Shown in pieces: positions 22,064 to 30,759 of a stretch of DNA of 64,000 nt (positions are counted from its first letter, which is position 1; each line of letters begins with the position of its first letter). The translations under genes and the position numbers were made by a program. The notes under the pieces are model-generated. The model was not told where the DNA came from. It ran no database searches and saw only the letters and a list, made by a program, of their open reading frames with translations. Source of the DNA: Oligoflexia bacterium (GTDB taxonomy: Bacteria > Bdellovibrionota > UBA1018); NCBI GenBank assembly GCA_963758495.1, contig CAVWVI010000003.1, positions 1,056,001-1,120,000 of the forward strand. The letters are read 5' to 3'.

Positions 22064-23092
22064 TTAATTCTCTCCAGCGAGCAGGGAATTTAATATTCGA
22101 AGATAACTAGGATACCGCTCCAATGACTTCGCACAGCAGCCGGGTTCATTTAAATGAAGACACCCTTCTTGAGGACAATGAAGATCTCGAAATTCTCTAA
22201 AACAACTCGCAAGTGTCTGCGGGGAATTTTGAGATAATCCAAATTCTTTTACACCCGGGGTATCAATCCATCTTGATGCGCTTGGCCCCTCTAAGAGAAT
22301 TGCTCCTGTAGTTGTATGACGTCCCTTCCCCGTCTGAGGATTGACCTCAGCGACTCGACCCACATTAAAGCCAAGAAGCCCTCGAAGAAGCGACGTTTTA
22401 CCCACACCTGACTGACCACAAAACACGGCAGTTTTTTCCTTAATTTGCTCCAGTAATGAAGATAACCCCAATGACCGTTTTGAACTCACTTCAAAAACTC
22501 GATAGCCAAGCTTTTGATAAATATCCCAAGGCCTCCTTGCCATTGAATCTAGCAAATCGCTTTTTGTCATACAAATATAGGATTCAATTCCTTCGGCCTC
22601 TGCGGCTACCAAAAACCGATCTATCAGACCTGTTGTAAAAACAGGCTCTTGAATGGAAGCAACGATCACCAAAACATCGATATTTACCGCAAGTACATGT
22701 TGAATCTTGGTACCATCACGGCCAGGAGCAGGACGAGAAAGACAATTCTTTCTGACGCAAACACCCTCAATCACTCCATTGGATTCTCCCGAAGTACTCA
22801 CTAAGACCCGATCCCCCACTGCCACAGGAGTTCTTTCTCGAGTATTTTCTTTGGATTTACTCACCACTCCCGCTCGTCGATAATTACAAAGTAAATCGGA
22901 TTGATCCAAGTCTAACTTAATGCGGCATTGATTTGGGAACACTTCCGCAACGATTGCATTTGCCTCAGAAGGAGGCAAATCTAATGCACGTGCTATGATC
23001 TCTTTTTTTGGACGCGTGCTTAAACTCCTTGCATGAGAAGAATCTTCATCGTCCAACCAATCATCTGAATTTCCACGAAATTTCGGCGACAT
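22064..23092 (-). CDS. rsgA: Ribosome small subunit-dependent GTPase A
   Basis: VAVGDRV, TKSDL, GQSGVGKTS, GRHTTT, DTPG and C-terminal Cys/His zinc site; start at 23092 or 23113. Confidence 0.93.
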   Translation of the reverse strand: MSPKFRGNSDDWLDDEDSSHARSLSTRPKKEIIARALDLPPSEANAIVAEVFPNQCRIKLDLDQSDLLCNYRRAGVVSKSKENTRERTPVAVGDRVLVSTSGESNGVIEGVCVRKNCLSRPAPGRDGTKIQHVLAVNIDVLVIVASIQEPVFTTGLIDRFLVAAEAEGIESYICMTKSDLLDSMARRPWDIYQKLGYRVFEVSSKRSLGLSSLLEQIKEKTAVFCGQSGVGKTSLLRGLLGFNVGRVAEVNPQTGKGRHTTTGAILLEGPSASRWIDTPGVKEFGLSQNSPQTLASCFREFRDLHCPQEGCLHLNEPGCCAKSLERYPSYLRILNSLLAGEN

Positions 23093-23164
23093 TTTCTTAA
23101 ACTCCAAACTCAATCATCTCAAAATCCGTTCGCTTGCTTTCTATTTTTAAGATATATTCAATCT

Positions 23165-24391
23165 ATGAGTCGAACTTCATTTCCTAAAGATCAAATTAAA
23201 GTTCTCCTATTAGAAAATATTCATCCTTTTGCCCTAGAGGCATTTAAAAGTGAAGGCTTTCAAGTTGAAACCCTCACTGTAGCACTCAATCCGAATCAAC
23301 TGAAAGAAAAGATTCGCGATGTCCACGTCCTTGGAATCAGAAGTAAAACGCAGGTCACGGCTGAGGCTCTTGCTGAAGCTAAGAGACTTCTTACACTCGG
23401 TTGCTTCTGTATTGGAACAAATCAAGTCGACTTAGAATTTGCGAAATCGAAGGGAATCCCAGTATTTAATGCCCCTTTCGGCAACACTCGTAGCGTCGCA
23501 GAAATGACGATTGCTGAAATTATCATGCTTGCAAGACAGCTAGGACAAAGAAATAATGAAATGCATAGTAAAACCTGGAAGAAAGTTTCAGCAGGCTGCT
23601 ATGAAATTCGGGGCAAAACTCTTGGAATTATTGGCTACGGTCATATTGGCTCGCAGGTATCTACACTTGCTGAGACCCTCGGAATGAGGGTTTTATATTT
23701 TGATGTCATTTCGAAACTTCCGCTGGGTAATGCAAAAGTTTGTAATTCTCTAAATGAACTTTTGAAAGAAAGTGACTTTATTACTCTCCATGTACCCGCT
23801 ACTCCACAAACTTTTAACATGATTCAATCTACACAATTACAAACTATGAAGCGTGGAGCCTATTTAATTAATGCAAGCCGGGGCACTGTTGTTGAAATCC
23901 CTGCACTTGCCCAGGCACTGAAGTCGGGACACTTAGCTGGCGCTGCCATTGATGTTTTTCCAGAAGAACCTGAAAGCAATAGCAATGAATTTAAGACTGA
24001 ACTTCAAAAATTGAATAATGTCATATTAACCCCTCATATCGGGGGAGCTACCGAGGAAGCTCAGGCGAATATAGGCACTGAAGTACCCGCTGCACTGATT
24101 CGTTTTGTAAACACAGGATCAACGTCCGGGGCCTACAATTTCCCTCAAGTGGATCTAGCACCTACTCAAGATAGCCATCGGATCTTAAATGTTCACCATA
24201 ATGTTCCCGGTGTTCTCCGGGAAATTAATAGAATCGTCTCTGACCTAGGAGCGAATATCGAAGCTCAAACGCTCGCGACAGATGCGGAAATCGGATACTT
24301 GGTCATCGACACGAATCGAGCCCTTTCTCTTGAAGTAAAGTCCGCTATTGAAGGCCTTAAAACCTCTATTAAAACTAGAATTCTTTATTAA
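23165..24391 (+). CDS. serA: D-3-phosphoglycerate dehydrogenase with C-terminal ACT domain
   Basis: GCFCIGTNQVDL, GIIGYGHIG, LTPHIGGATEEAQ, HHNVPGVL. Confidence 0.96.
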   Translation: MSRTSFPKDQIKVLLLENIHPFALEAFKSEGFQVETLTVALNPNQLKEKIRDVHVLGIRSKTQVTAEALAEAKRLLTLGCFCIGTNQVDLEFAKSKGIPVFNAPFGNTRSVAEMTIAEIIMLARQLGQRNNEMHSKTWKKVSAGCYEIRGKTLGIIGYGHIGSQVSTLAETLGMRVLYFDVISKLPLGNAKVCNSLNELLKESDFITLHVPATPQTFNMIQSTQLQTMKRGAYLINASRGTVVEIPALAQALKSGHLAGAAIDVFPEEPESNSNEFKTELQKLNNVILTPHIGGATEEAQANIGTEVPAALIRFVNTGSTSGAYNFPQVDLAPTQDSHRILNVHHNVPGVLREINRIVSDLGANIEAQTLATDAEIGYLVIDTNRALSLEVKSAIEGLKTSIKTRILY

Positions 24392-24393
24392 AT

Positions 24394-25803
24394 ATGACTC
24401 CAAACGTTTCTAAGAGTTTTTTATCTCAGATAAAAGATTTATTTCCATCTGATTTTATGACTCGGTCTCCCGAGGAATGTGAAGTCTATGGCAAGGATTG
24501 GACTCGCATCAATAAACCCGATCCATCTGGTGTGGTTTTTCCGCGTTCTACCGAAGAAGTATCTCGGTTTCTATCTCTCTGTTCACGCCATCATGTACCT
24601 GTAGTTCCATCAGGAGGGAGAACTGGTTTATCAGGGGGAGCCATTGCTGCAAAAAGTGAGATGGTACTGAGCTTAAGTCGAATGAGTCACCTTAGCCCCG
24701 TCGATACACTCGCTCAAACGGTTCATGTTCAAGCAGGTGCAGTTACTGAATCAGTCCACCATCATTGTGAACCTCATGGGCTGACTTGGCCGGTCGATTT
24801 TGCATCTAAAGGATCCAGCCAAGTGGGTGGAAATATCGCCACAAATGCGGGTGGGGTGAAAGTGATCCGTTATGGGTTGACCCGCAACTGGGTCTTAGGA
24901 CTCCAAGTGGTCACGATGCAGGGCGATATTTTAGAGTTAAACGGAGCGCTCGAAAAAAACAATACAGGGATTGATCTACGACAACTATTTATTGGAAGCG
25001 AAGGGATTTTAGGAGTCATAACAGAAGCTACCTTAAAACTTTCCAGATTACCGAATGCCTGTGATGTCTTCTTTTTTGCAGTGGAAAGTATTCCCGCCGT
25101 TCTGAAGCTTTTTCACGAGGTCAGACGAAGTCCATTTCAAGTGATGGCTTTTGAGTTTTTAACTCAAAACTGCTTAGAATCCGTCATTCAACTCAGAGGA
25201 TTAAAATCTCCTTTTCAGGGGTCTCACACCGTTTATGTTTTACTTGAGATCGAACGTCCGATTTATTCAAACATTCAAGGTGAATTAGATCGATGGCTTG
25301 AAGGGCTATTTGAAAAAGGCTTAGTCCAAGATGGGACATTTGCCCAGTCGCCGCGAGAAGCAAAAGAACTTTGGAGTCTTCGAGAAGGAATTAGTGAGTC
25401 TTTAGCCCATCGTGGATTTGTTCATAAGAATGACATTGCTTTGCCCATTTCGAATCTCGAAAGTTTTGTAGCAGAGATGTACCCTCTTCTTGCTAGACGG
25501 CACGCGGATTTGGAAATTTTTCTTTTTGGCCACATTGGAGACGGAAACCTTCACGTCAACACGATGAAACCGGCAGATATGGATCAAGAAACTTTTATCA
25601 ACCTCTGTCATGAAGGCGACGGAGATCTTTTTGCTTTAGTGAAAAAGTATCAGGGCAGCATTTCCGCAGAACATGGAATCGGACTCCTTAAAAAATCAGT
25701 ACTTGAATTTTCTCGCACTCCACAAGAGCTGGCGCTTATGAAAGGGATTAAGCGAGTTCTTGATCCTCAGGGATTGCTCAATCCGGGGAAAATTTTTGAT
25801 TAA
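24394..25803 (+). CDS. FAD-binding oxidoreductase (D-2-hydroxyglutarate dehydrogenase/GlcD family)
   Basis: PSGGRTGLSGG, GGNIATNAGG, GHIGDGNLH, SAEHGIG, LNPGKIF; 2 nt after serA. Confidence 0.9.
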   Translation: MTPNVSKSFLSQIKDLFPSDFMTRSPEECEVYGKDWTRINKPDPSGVVFPRSTEEVSRFLSLCSRHHVPVVPSGGRTGLSGGAIAAKSEMVLSLSRMSHLSPVDTLAQTVHVQAGAVTESVHHHCEPHGLTWPVDFASKGSSQVGGNIATNAGGVKVIRYGLTRNWVLGLQVVTMQGDILELNGALEKNNTGIDLRQLFIGSEGILGVITEATLKLSRLPNACDVFFFAVESIPAVLKLFHEVRRSPFQVMAFEFLTQNCLESVIQLRGLKSPFQGSHTVYVLLEIERPIYSNIQGELDRWLEGLFEKGLVQDGTFAQSPREAKELWSLREGISESLAHRGFVHKNDIALPISNLESFVAEMYPLLARRHADLEIFLFGHIGDGNLHVNTMKPADMDQETFINLCHEGDGDLFALVKKYQGSISAEHGIGLLKKSVLEFSRTPQELALMKGIKRVLDPQGLLNPGKIFD

Positions 25804-25853
25804 AAATTTTGGAGATTGAGTATGTCAGCACCGTCTATTTGTGAAAAATCAAT

Positions 25854-26251
25854 CTACTGCCTTTCCTGGCACGATGGATTTCCCACAATACTAGGCCTAC
25901 AAACTCCGTTACCAGGCGTTTGCCAAATGTCTATCATGTCGGAACCCTGATCACGGCAATAATCGCTTAACATCCTAATAGCACCTTCCTTAGTTTCACC
26001 GAATGATTCCAAGGTCATTTCGAATTCGCCCAGTACTGTCGGTGTTTTCACGTCGTCGTAGCCCATCGTCAGATCAAAGGTCACCCTCTTTATATAGTGT
26101 AGCGTCGGATCATCATAGGTCTCCCTGGGCTTGTAGTCTTTCGGCTCGATACGATAGACCCTACACTGACCGGAACAGTGCCAGTCCGCATTCGCTGCCA
26201 TTGGAGCGAGATTTAGAGCAAGTAGACCAAAAAAATCGATTTTCTAAGCAT
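25854..26251 (-). CDS. Small Cys-containing secreted protein, frameshifted in a T7 run within its signal peptide
   Basis: RBS GGGGGA plus ATG 26251; one more T gives MLRKSIFFGLLALNLAPMAANA-DWHCSGQC..., joining ORF 25854-26201. Confidence 0.65.
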
Positions 26252-26629
26252 AATATCCCCCTTTTCGAAACAGATCCCTAACACACGCAACATTATAAGC
26301 AAGGGAAAGTTGACGAATTTTCTCAAGCCGTTGACCTTTGATCGTAGCCAATAAAGTAGTCAACACCCACCGGAAAAGGCTTATTCATTGTTCCAATGAT
26401 TTCCTTACAATGACTAACCAAGGGAAACAATGCGGGGTTCTTGCACGTTAGAGATAAATTTAATTTTTTAGAACGGATTCGCATTAGCAACATTTGCGAA
26501 AGAGTATTATTTTTTAATTTAAAATATATATTTATTCGGTAGCGAGAGTCTCGAGCTACCTAATGCCTGAAATAAAGGCGCTACCCACTTATAAGGTACT
26601 CTCTGAACTGCAGATACTAGGCAGGTTAA

Positions 26630-26794
26630 CGAGCTCGAACCAAAGAGAATCTGTCACAAAACGAACTTGCCGAAAAGCTTGGCATTCCACAAAGTCATAT
26701 CTCCGATATGGAACATGGCAGACGAACTATCGGCAAAAACATGGCTAAGCGGTTGGCAAAAGCTTTGAGTGTAGGTTATAAAATATTTCTCTAA
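26630..26794 (+). pseudogene. 5'-truncated XRE-family HTH (antitoxin-like) remnant
   Basis: Reads RARTKENLSQNELAEKLGIPQSHISDMEHGRRTIGKNMAKRLAKALSVGYKIFL*, preceded by an in-frame TAA with no start codon. Confidence 0.8.
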
Positions 26795-26838
26795 TCAATG
26801 CGACCATCCAAATAAATATTGAGTTAGATCTACACATC

Positions 26839-27213
26839 TTAGAAATCTTGGTAGTTGCGCTTCCCGTCTTCCTTTAACTCTAAATAGAATTCGCTCTTCT
26901 TTGACCACAACTGAAATTGAATAATAGCATCTAAAATGATCTGAATTGTTTTATTTTTCACTGTAGGATCAGTGTCAACTAACTTGAGTCCTTCGAGACC
27001 AATAATACCAATTGAAAATCCAGGCGCGTAATTTAGAAAGTTTTTTGTATTTTGGGTAATGAAAATACGGCTAACCAAAAGTCTGTCTGCTATATCTTCA
27101 TCAGATTCGCCTGGCTTCGGCATAATTACGTGGATATTGAGCGCCTTCATCCCCGGTGCAAGCTGCGTTAGATTTTCATCAATAACCACTAAACTTCGTG
27201 CCATGACCCTCAT
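26839..27213 (-). CDS. PIN-like (DUF5615/Mut7-C-type) domain protein
   Basis: VVIDENL...GESDEDI...RIFITQNTKNF follows the DENL/SD/T-x-[DN]-x-x-F pattern of this PIN subfamily. Confidence 0.6.
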   Translation of the reverse strand: MRVMARSLVVIDENLTQLAPGMKALNIHVIMPKPGESDEDIADRLLVSRIFITQNTKNFLNYAPGFSIGIIGLEGLKLVDTDPTVKNKTIQIILDAIIQFQLWSKKSEFYLELKEDGKRNYQDF

Positions 27214-27560
27214 CTCTCTTGGGCAAATGAACTTTGGTTGTTGAAAGAAATTAGTAATCCTAAAATCATTACTCTATTTCGCAATATAACTCTCATTCCC
27301 GTGACCTCAATCAAAATATTATGAAGGAAAAAGAATGCGGATACATAGAGTTTATGTTCGTTTCAAAGCCCCGCTCGTACTTTATCATTCGTTACGCATA
27401 CTTATAAATTACCAACATATAATCTATTTACTTAACATATGATTTATTTATTAAGACGTAAAATTAGCGATATTCTTTCGAGGCGTTGACCTTTGACCGT
27501 AGCCAATGGGGCTCGTTATTTATTGGCGGTACATCCGATCATTTGCTAGAAGAGAAGGTC

Positions 27561-28811
27561 ATGATGCTGTTATTTTCTTCATTTAAAAACTCATCCTCTA
27601 AAGTTCTTTTAATTTTTATTTATTTCACAGCGTCTTTATTCTCTTTACATGCCTCAGCTCAATTACCGGTTAAGGTAGCCAAAGCAATAGTCAGAAGTGC
27701 AATGATTGAACGACCTTTTTTGCCCTTCCTCTTGAATCCTAAAAATAAAAAAGAAGCCTTTCTGAGGGTAGTGGCAAAGTCACAGGAATCACTTCCAGAA
27801 GTAGACACTTCTATCAAACAGCTTTTTATCTGTTTTGAAAAAAGTGATGACCCCATTCACTCAGAAGAATGCTCCGCAGAAATTCAAGAACTGATTATGT
27901 ATTACCTGTTCGAACTTTCAGGGAATCCACATTCGAAATTTTCTGAAAAAGAAAATTCGGAAGCAGCGTCATTTATAAAAATGAATCCGGAAGTTGTCCT
28001 TAGAAAAGATATGAATTTTGGTACTTTCATCAGAATGACTTCCTCTGGGAGAGTGGGCATGCTGAAGGATGAGGTCAGAAATTTAGATCCAAATATATTC
28101 GATCAATTAGAGTCGAAATCCAGTCTACTTGTATCATTCGGTTCATTCATGGGATCGTATCTTCAGCTATTTCCAAATAAAGCAGAAGCTGTCAGTGACC
28201 AGACCATATTTGCTGAAGATGCTTCTCTAGGGAATGGAGTCCGACTTATCTTTAAATCTGATATTCTTACACGCTTTGATTATCATTTGTCCTTTGGCTG
28301 GCCTGGCGGGCAATTTATTGAGGGTTTGTCTTTCACTCCATACGAGACAGATGATTTTTTTATTAAACTTCAAGGCTTGTATAAAGACCCGAAGTCTGTT
28401 CCTGATCTTTATGGCACCCGTGGAATTAAAATAACAAATGAAGTTGTATTTAAAAATCCCATCAGTTTTAGCGAAGTCGAAACAATTTATGTAAGGTCTG
28501 GATACATGAAACTCGCAAGAGAATTGCTGAATCAAAACGGCTATCCTCAGATACAAGTTAGAAGTCAAAGTGATTCACCTTCTGAGATTAAAGTATATCC
28601 TGTGCTATCGGATCGAACCAACACAATGATCAGTGAAGCTTTGAAGAAGTATGCGAAGATGATAAGCAATTTGGAGTCGCCCAAAGCCAATATAGAACTA
28701 GTTAAAAAGCAAGCAACCGAGAGAAGATGTAGTCCAATTGGAGACTTGCAACTAGAAGAATTAGTTGAAAAGAGCCTAGGAAATGTTCTCCGCTTCAAAT
28801 CTTTACTCTAG
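27561..28811 (+). CDS. Secreted hypothetical protein, possible ADP-ribosyltransferase-like domain
   Basis: Signal peptide ending ASA from ATG 27561; motifs IRMTS, GSYLQL, RLIFKSDILTRFDYH, NEVVFKNPI. Confidence 0.55.
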   Translation: MMLLFSSFKNSSSKVLLIFIYFTASLFSLHASAQLPVKVAKAIVRSAMIERPFLPFLLNPKNKKEAFLRVVAKSQESLPEVDTSIKQLFICFEKSDDPIHSEECSAEIQELIMYYLFELSGNPHSKFSEKENSEAASFIKMNPEVVLRKDMNFGTFIRMTSSGRVGMLKDEVRNLDPNIFDQLESKSSLLVSFGSFMGSYLQLFPNKAEAVSDQTIFAEDASLGNGVRLIFKSDILTRFDYHLSFGWPGGQFIEGLSFTPYETDDFFIKLQGLYKDPKSVPDLYGTRGIKITNEVVFKNPISFSEVETIYVRSGYMKLARELLNQNGYPQIQVRSQSDSPSEIKVYPVLSDRTNTMISEALKKYAKMISNLESPKANIELVKKQATERRCSPIGDLQLEELVEKSLGNVLRFKSLL

Positions 28812-28850
28812 GCGCCTAGAAGTCTGAGTTTCAAAACTAGAAAAATACTT

Positions 28851-29377
28851 TTATGGATTGCGAAGCTGAAGCCTAACTTGAACACTCGACCCTGCCCGTA
28901 AAGAGCCAGTAGGCAATAACGCCACTAAAAACCGAGTACTTTTAACCTCGACTTGATAATTTTGATCCTTATCTACAATAAATGAAAGTTCATCCTCCTT
29001 ATTAGTACGTTCCTGAGAAATTATTTCACCATTTTCTGTCTTAAGAGTGATGAAAATGAATGAACAAGGGCTCTGTGATTGGCCGTTGATGATTTCACAT
29101 TGAACAGGAATTGCATTGGGAGCTAATCTGGTAGGTACTAGCAGTTTTAGCGAAGTCGAAACAATTTATGTAAGATCTGGAACCCTGCCGATAACGCCGC
29201 ATCACTTTCAGTAGCGGGAGAAGTCGTCCCATCTTTTGCTTGATAAGCAGTAGTATTATGTTGAGGGTCTGACTCATTTGGATAAAGGTCGACGGTGTGA
29301 GTTGGAGTTGCACATCCGCTTATGAGTAAAATAAAAAGCAAGAATGCGATCAATCGAGCATGAAAAAAAATACTCAT
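28851..29377 (-). pseudogene. Lipoprotein gene split by a 40-nt foreign segment
   Basis: 5' half has lipobox ISGC (ORF 29147-29377); a startless 96-codon frame 29138-28851 continues VPTRLAPNAIPVQCEII...ITLKTENGEIISQERTN...YQVEV...VRLQLRNP*. Confidence 0.65.
29142..29181 (+). repeat. 40-bp direct repeat of 28463-28502 (39/40 identical)
   Basis: CAGTTTTAGCGAAGTCGAAACAATTTATGTAAG(G/A)TCTGGA at both sites. Confidence 0.92.
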
Positions 29378-29852
29378 TTTGGAGGACCTCCTGCTGTCTG
29401 TGGCTATCGCTCTCTAAGTCTGCGAGATTAATTTGGGACAGGACTTTTATCAATAAAAAGAACGTATGCATACTGCTCAAATGACAGGCTCTTGTCTGTT
29501 CCTGAATAGATGTGATCTAGCCTGTCTATGATAGAAATCCATTTAATAATGCGTAACGCTTTTGCGTACCGGGAAATTCTAACTAGATCATACAGAAATC
29601 AACTACACCACCCTTCACCGTGCTAGGTCTCTGTAGGTTGTGTACAGAAATCGCCGACCCCAATGTCAGGGACCAAAAACGTCACATCAAAGTGTACTGA
29701 TTTCATCAAAATGACAACGAAATGCTGTAGATGACCGGCCAATCTCCACATTATTACACTATTTTCGATAGACTAGATCCGGCCTAACTGGAAAAATAGC
29801 AAAACTTTGCAGAGCCCGGTCAATTCAGATATAGAAAAATAAGGGGATCATC

Positions 29853-30695
29853 ATGAAAATCTTAACAAAATTTTTGCTTACTCTTCTATTCAATTTCAGT
29901 TGCATTTGCGCTTACTCCTATGCGGCTGAAACTCGCATCACGTGGTATGGACACGCTGCCTTTAAAGTGATCACACCCACCGGAAAAATTTTATTCATTG
30001 ACCCATGGCTCCATAATCCACTCAATCCTGACGCCGCCAACAATAAAGACCCTATCAGTGACATAAAGAAGGCAGATTTCATTTTAGTGACTCATGGGCA
30101 TTCAGATCATGTGGGTGATGCAGTAGAACTTGCAAAAAAAACTGGGGCCAAGCTTGTGACAAATTTCGAATTGGGTACAAATATGGTCAGACTTCTCGGT
30201 TATCCAAAAGATCAAGCGGGCTACGATACGTTATTTAATTTGGGAGGAGAAATCCAACTCGCGCAGGGGGAAATCACCGTAGCGATGACTCCCGCCATTC
30301 ATTCGAGTGGAATGGATGTTCCAGATGCAACACAGCCTATGGCATACGGCGGAAACCCTGGCGGATTTGTCATAAAGATTAAAAATGGTCCGACCCTTTA
30401 TGATACTGGGGACACCGCTTATTTCTCAGACATGAAACTCATAGGAGATACTTATGCTCCTGATCTTGCACTCATTAATATCGGGGGACATTTTGGCATG
30501 ACTCCAGAAATGGCAGCAAAAGCTGCCTACGCCGTTCACGCCAAACAGGTTGTTCCCCATCATTTTAAGACTTTTCCGATATTGATTCAAAATACCGACT
30601 CATTCAGTCGTGCTTTAGCCAAGTTTAAAATTCCTATGAAAGAAATGAAACCAGGGTCATCCTTGGTTTTTGAAGGAAATCATTTAAAAAATTAA
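29853..30695 (+). CDS. Exported metallo-beta-lactamase-fold metal-dependent hydrolase (UPF0173-like)
   Basis: Signal peptide; ITWYGHA, THGHSDH, AIHSS, TGDT, PHHF. Confidence 0.9.
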   Translation: MKILTKFLLTLLFNFSCICAYSYAAETRITWYGHAAFKVITPTGKILFIDPWLHNPLNPDAANNKDPISDIKKADFILVTHGHSDHVGDAVELAKKTGAKLVTNFELGTNMVRLLGYPKDQAGYDTLFNLGGEIQLAQGEITVAMTPAIHSSGMDVPDATQPMAYGGNPGGFVIKIKNGPTLYDTGDTAYFSDMKLIGDTYAPDLALINIGGHFGMTPEMAAKAAYAVHAKQVVPHHFKTFPILIQNTDSFSRALAKFKIPMKEMKPGSSLVFEGNHLKN

Positions 30696-30759
30696 GCACT
30701 CTCACTAAGTACTTTCTGAGACTTCCGCTTTCTTAGCGAATCGAATAAGATCATCTACG

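Noticed and set aside
25804..29820. Integron cassette array or CRISPR array
   Set aside because: No integrase, no paired RYYYAAC/GTTRRRY attC boxes, and each repeat occurs only twice at irregular spacing.
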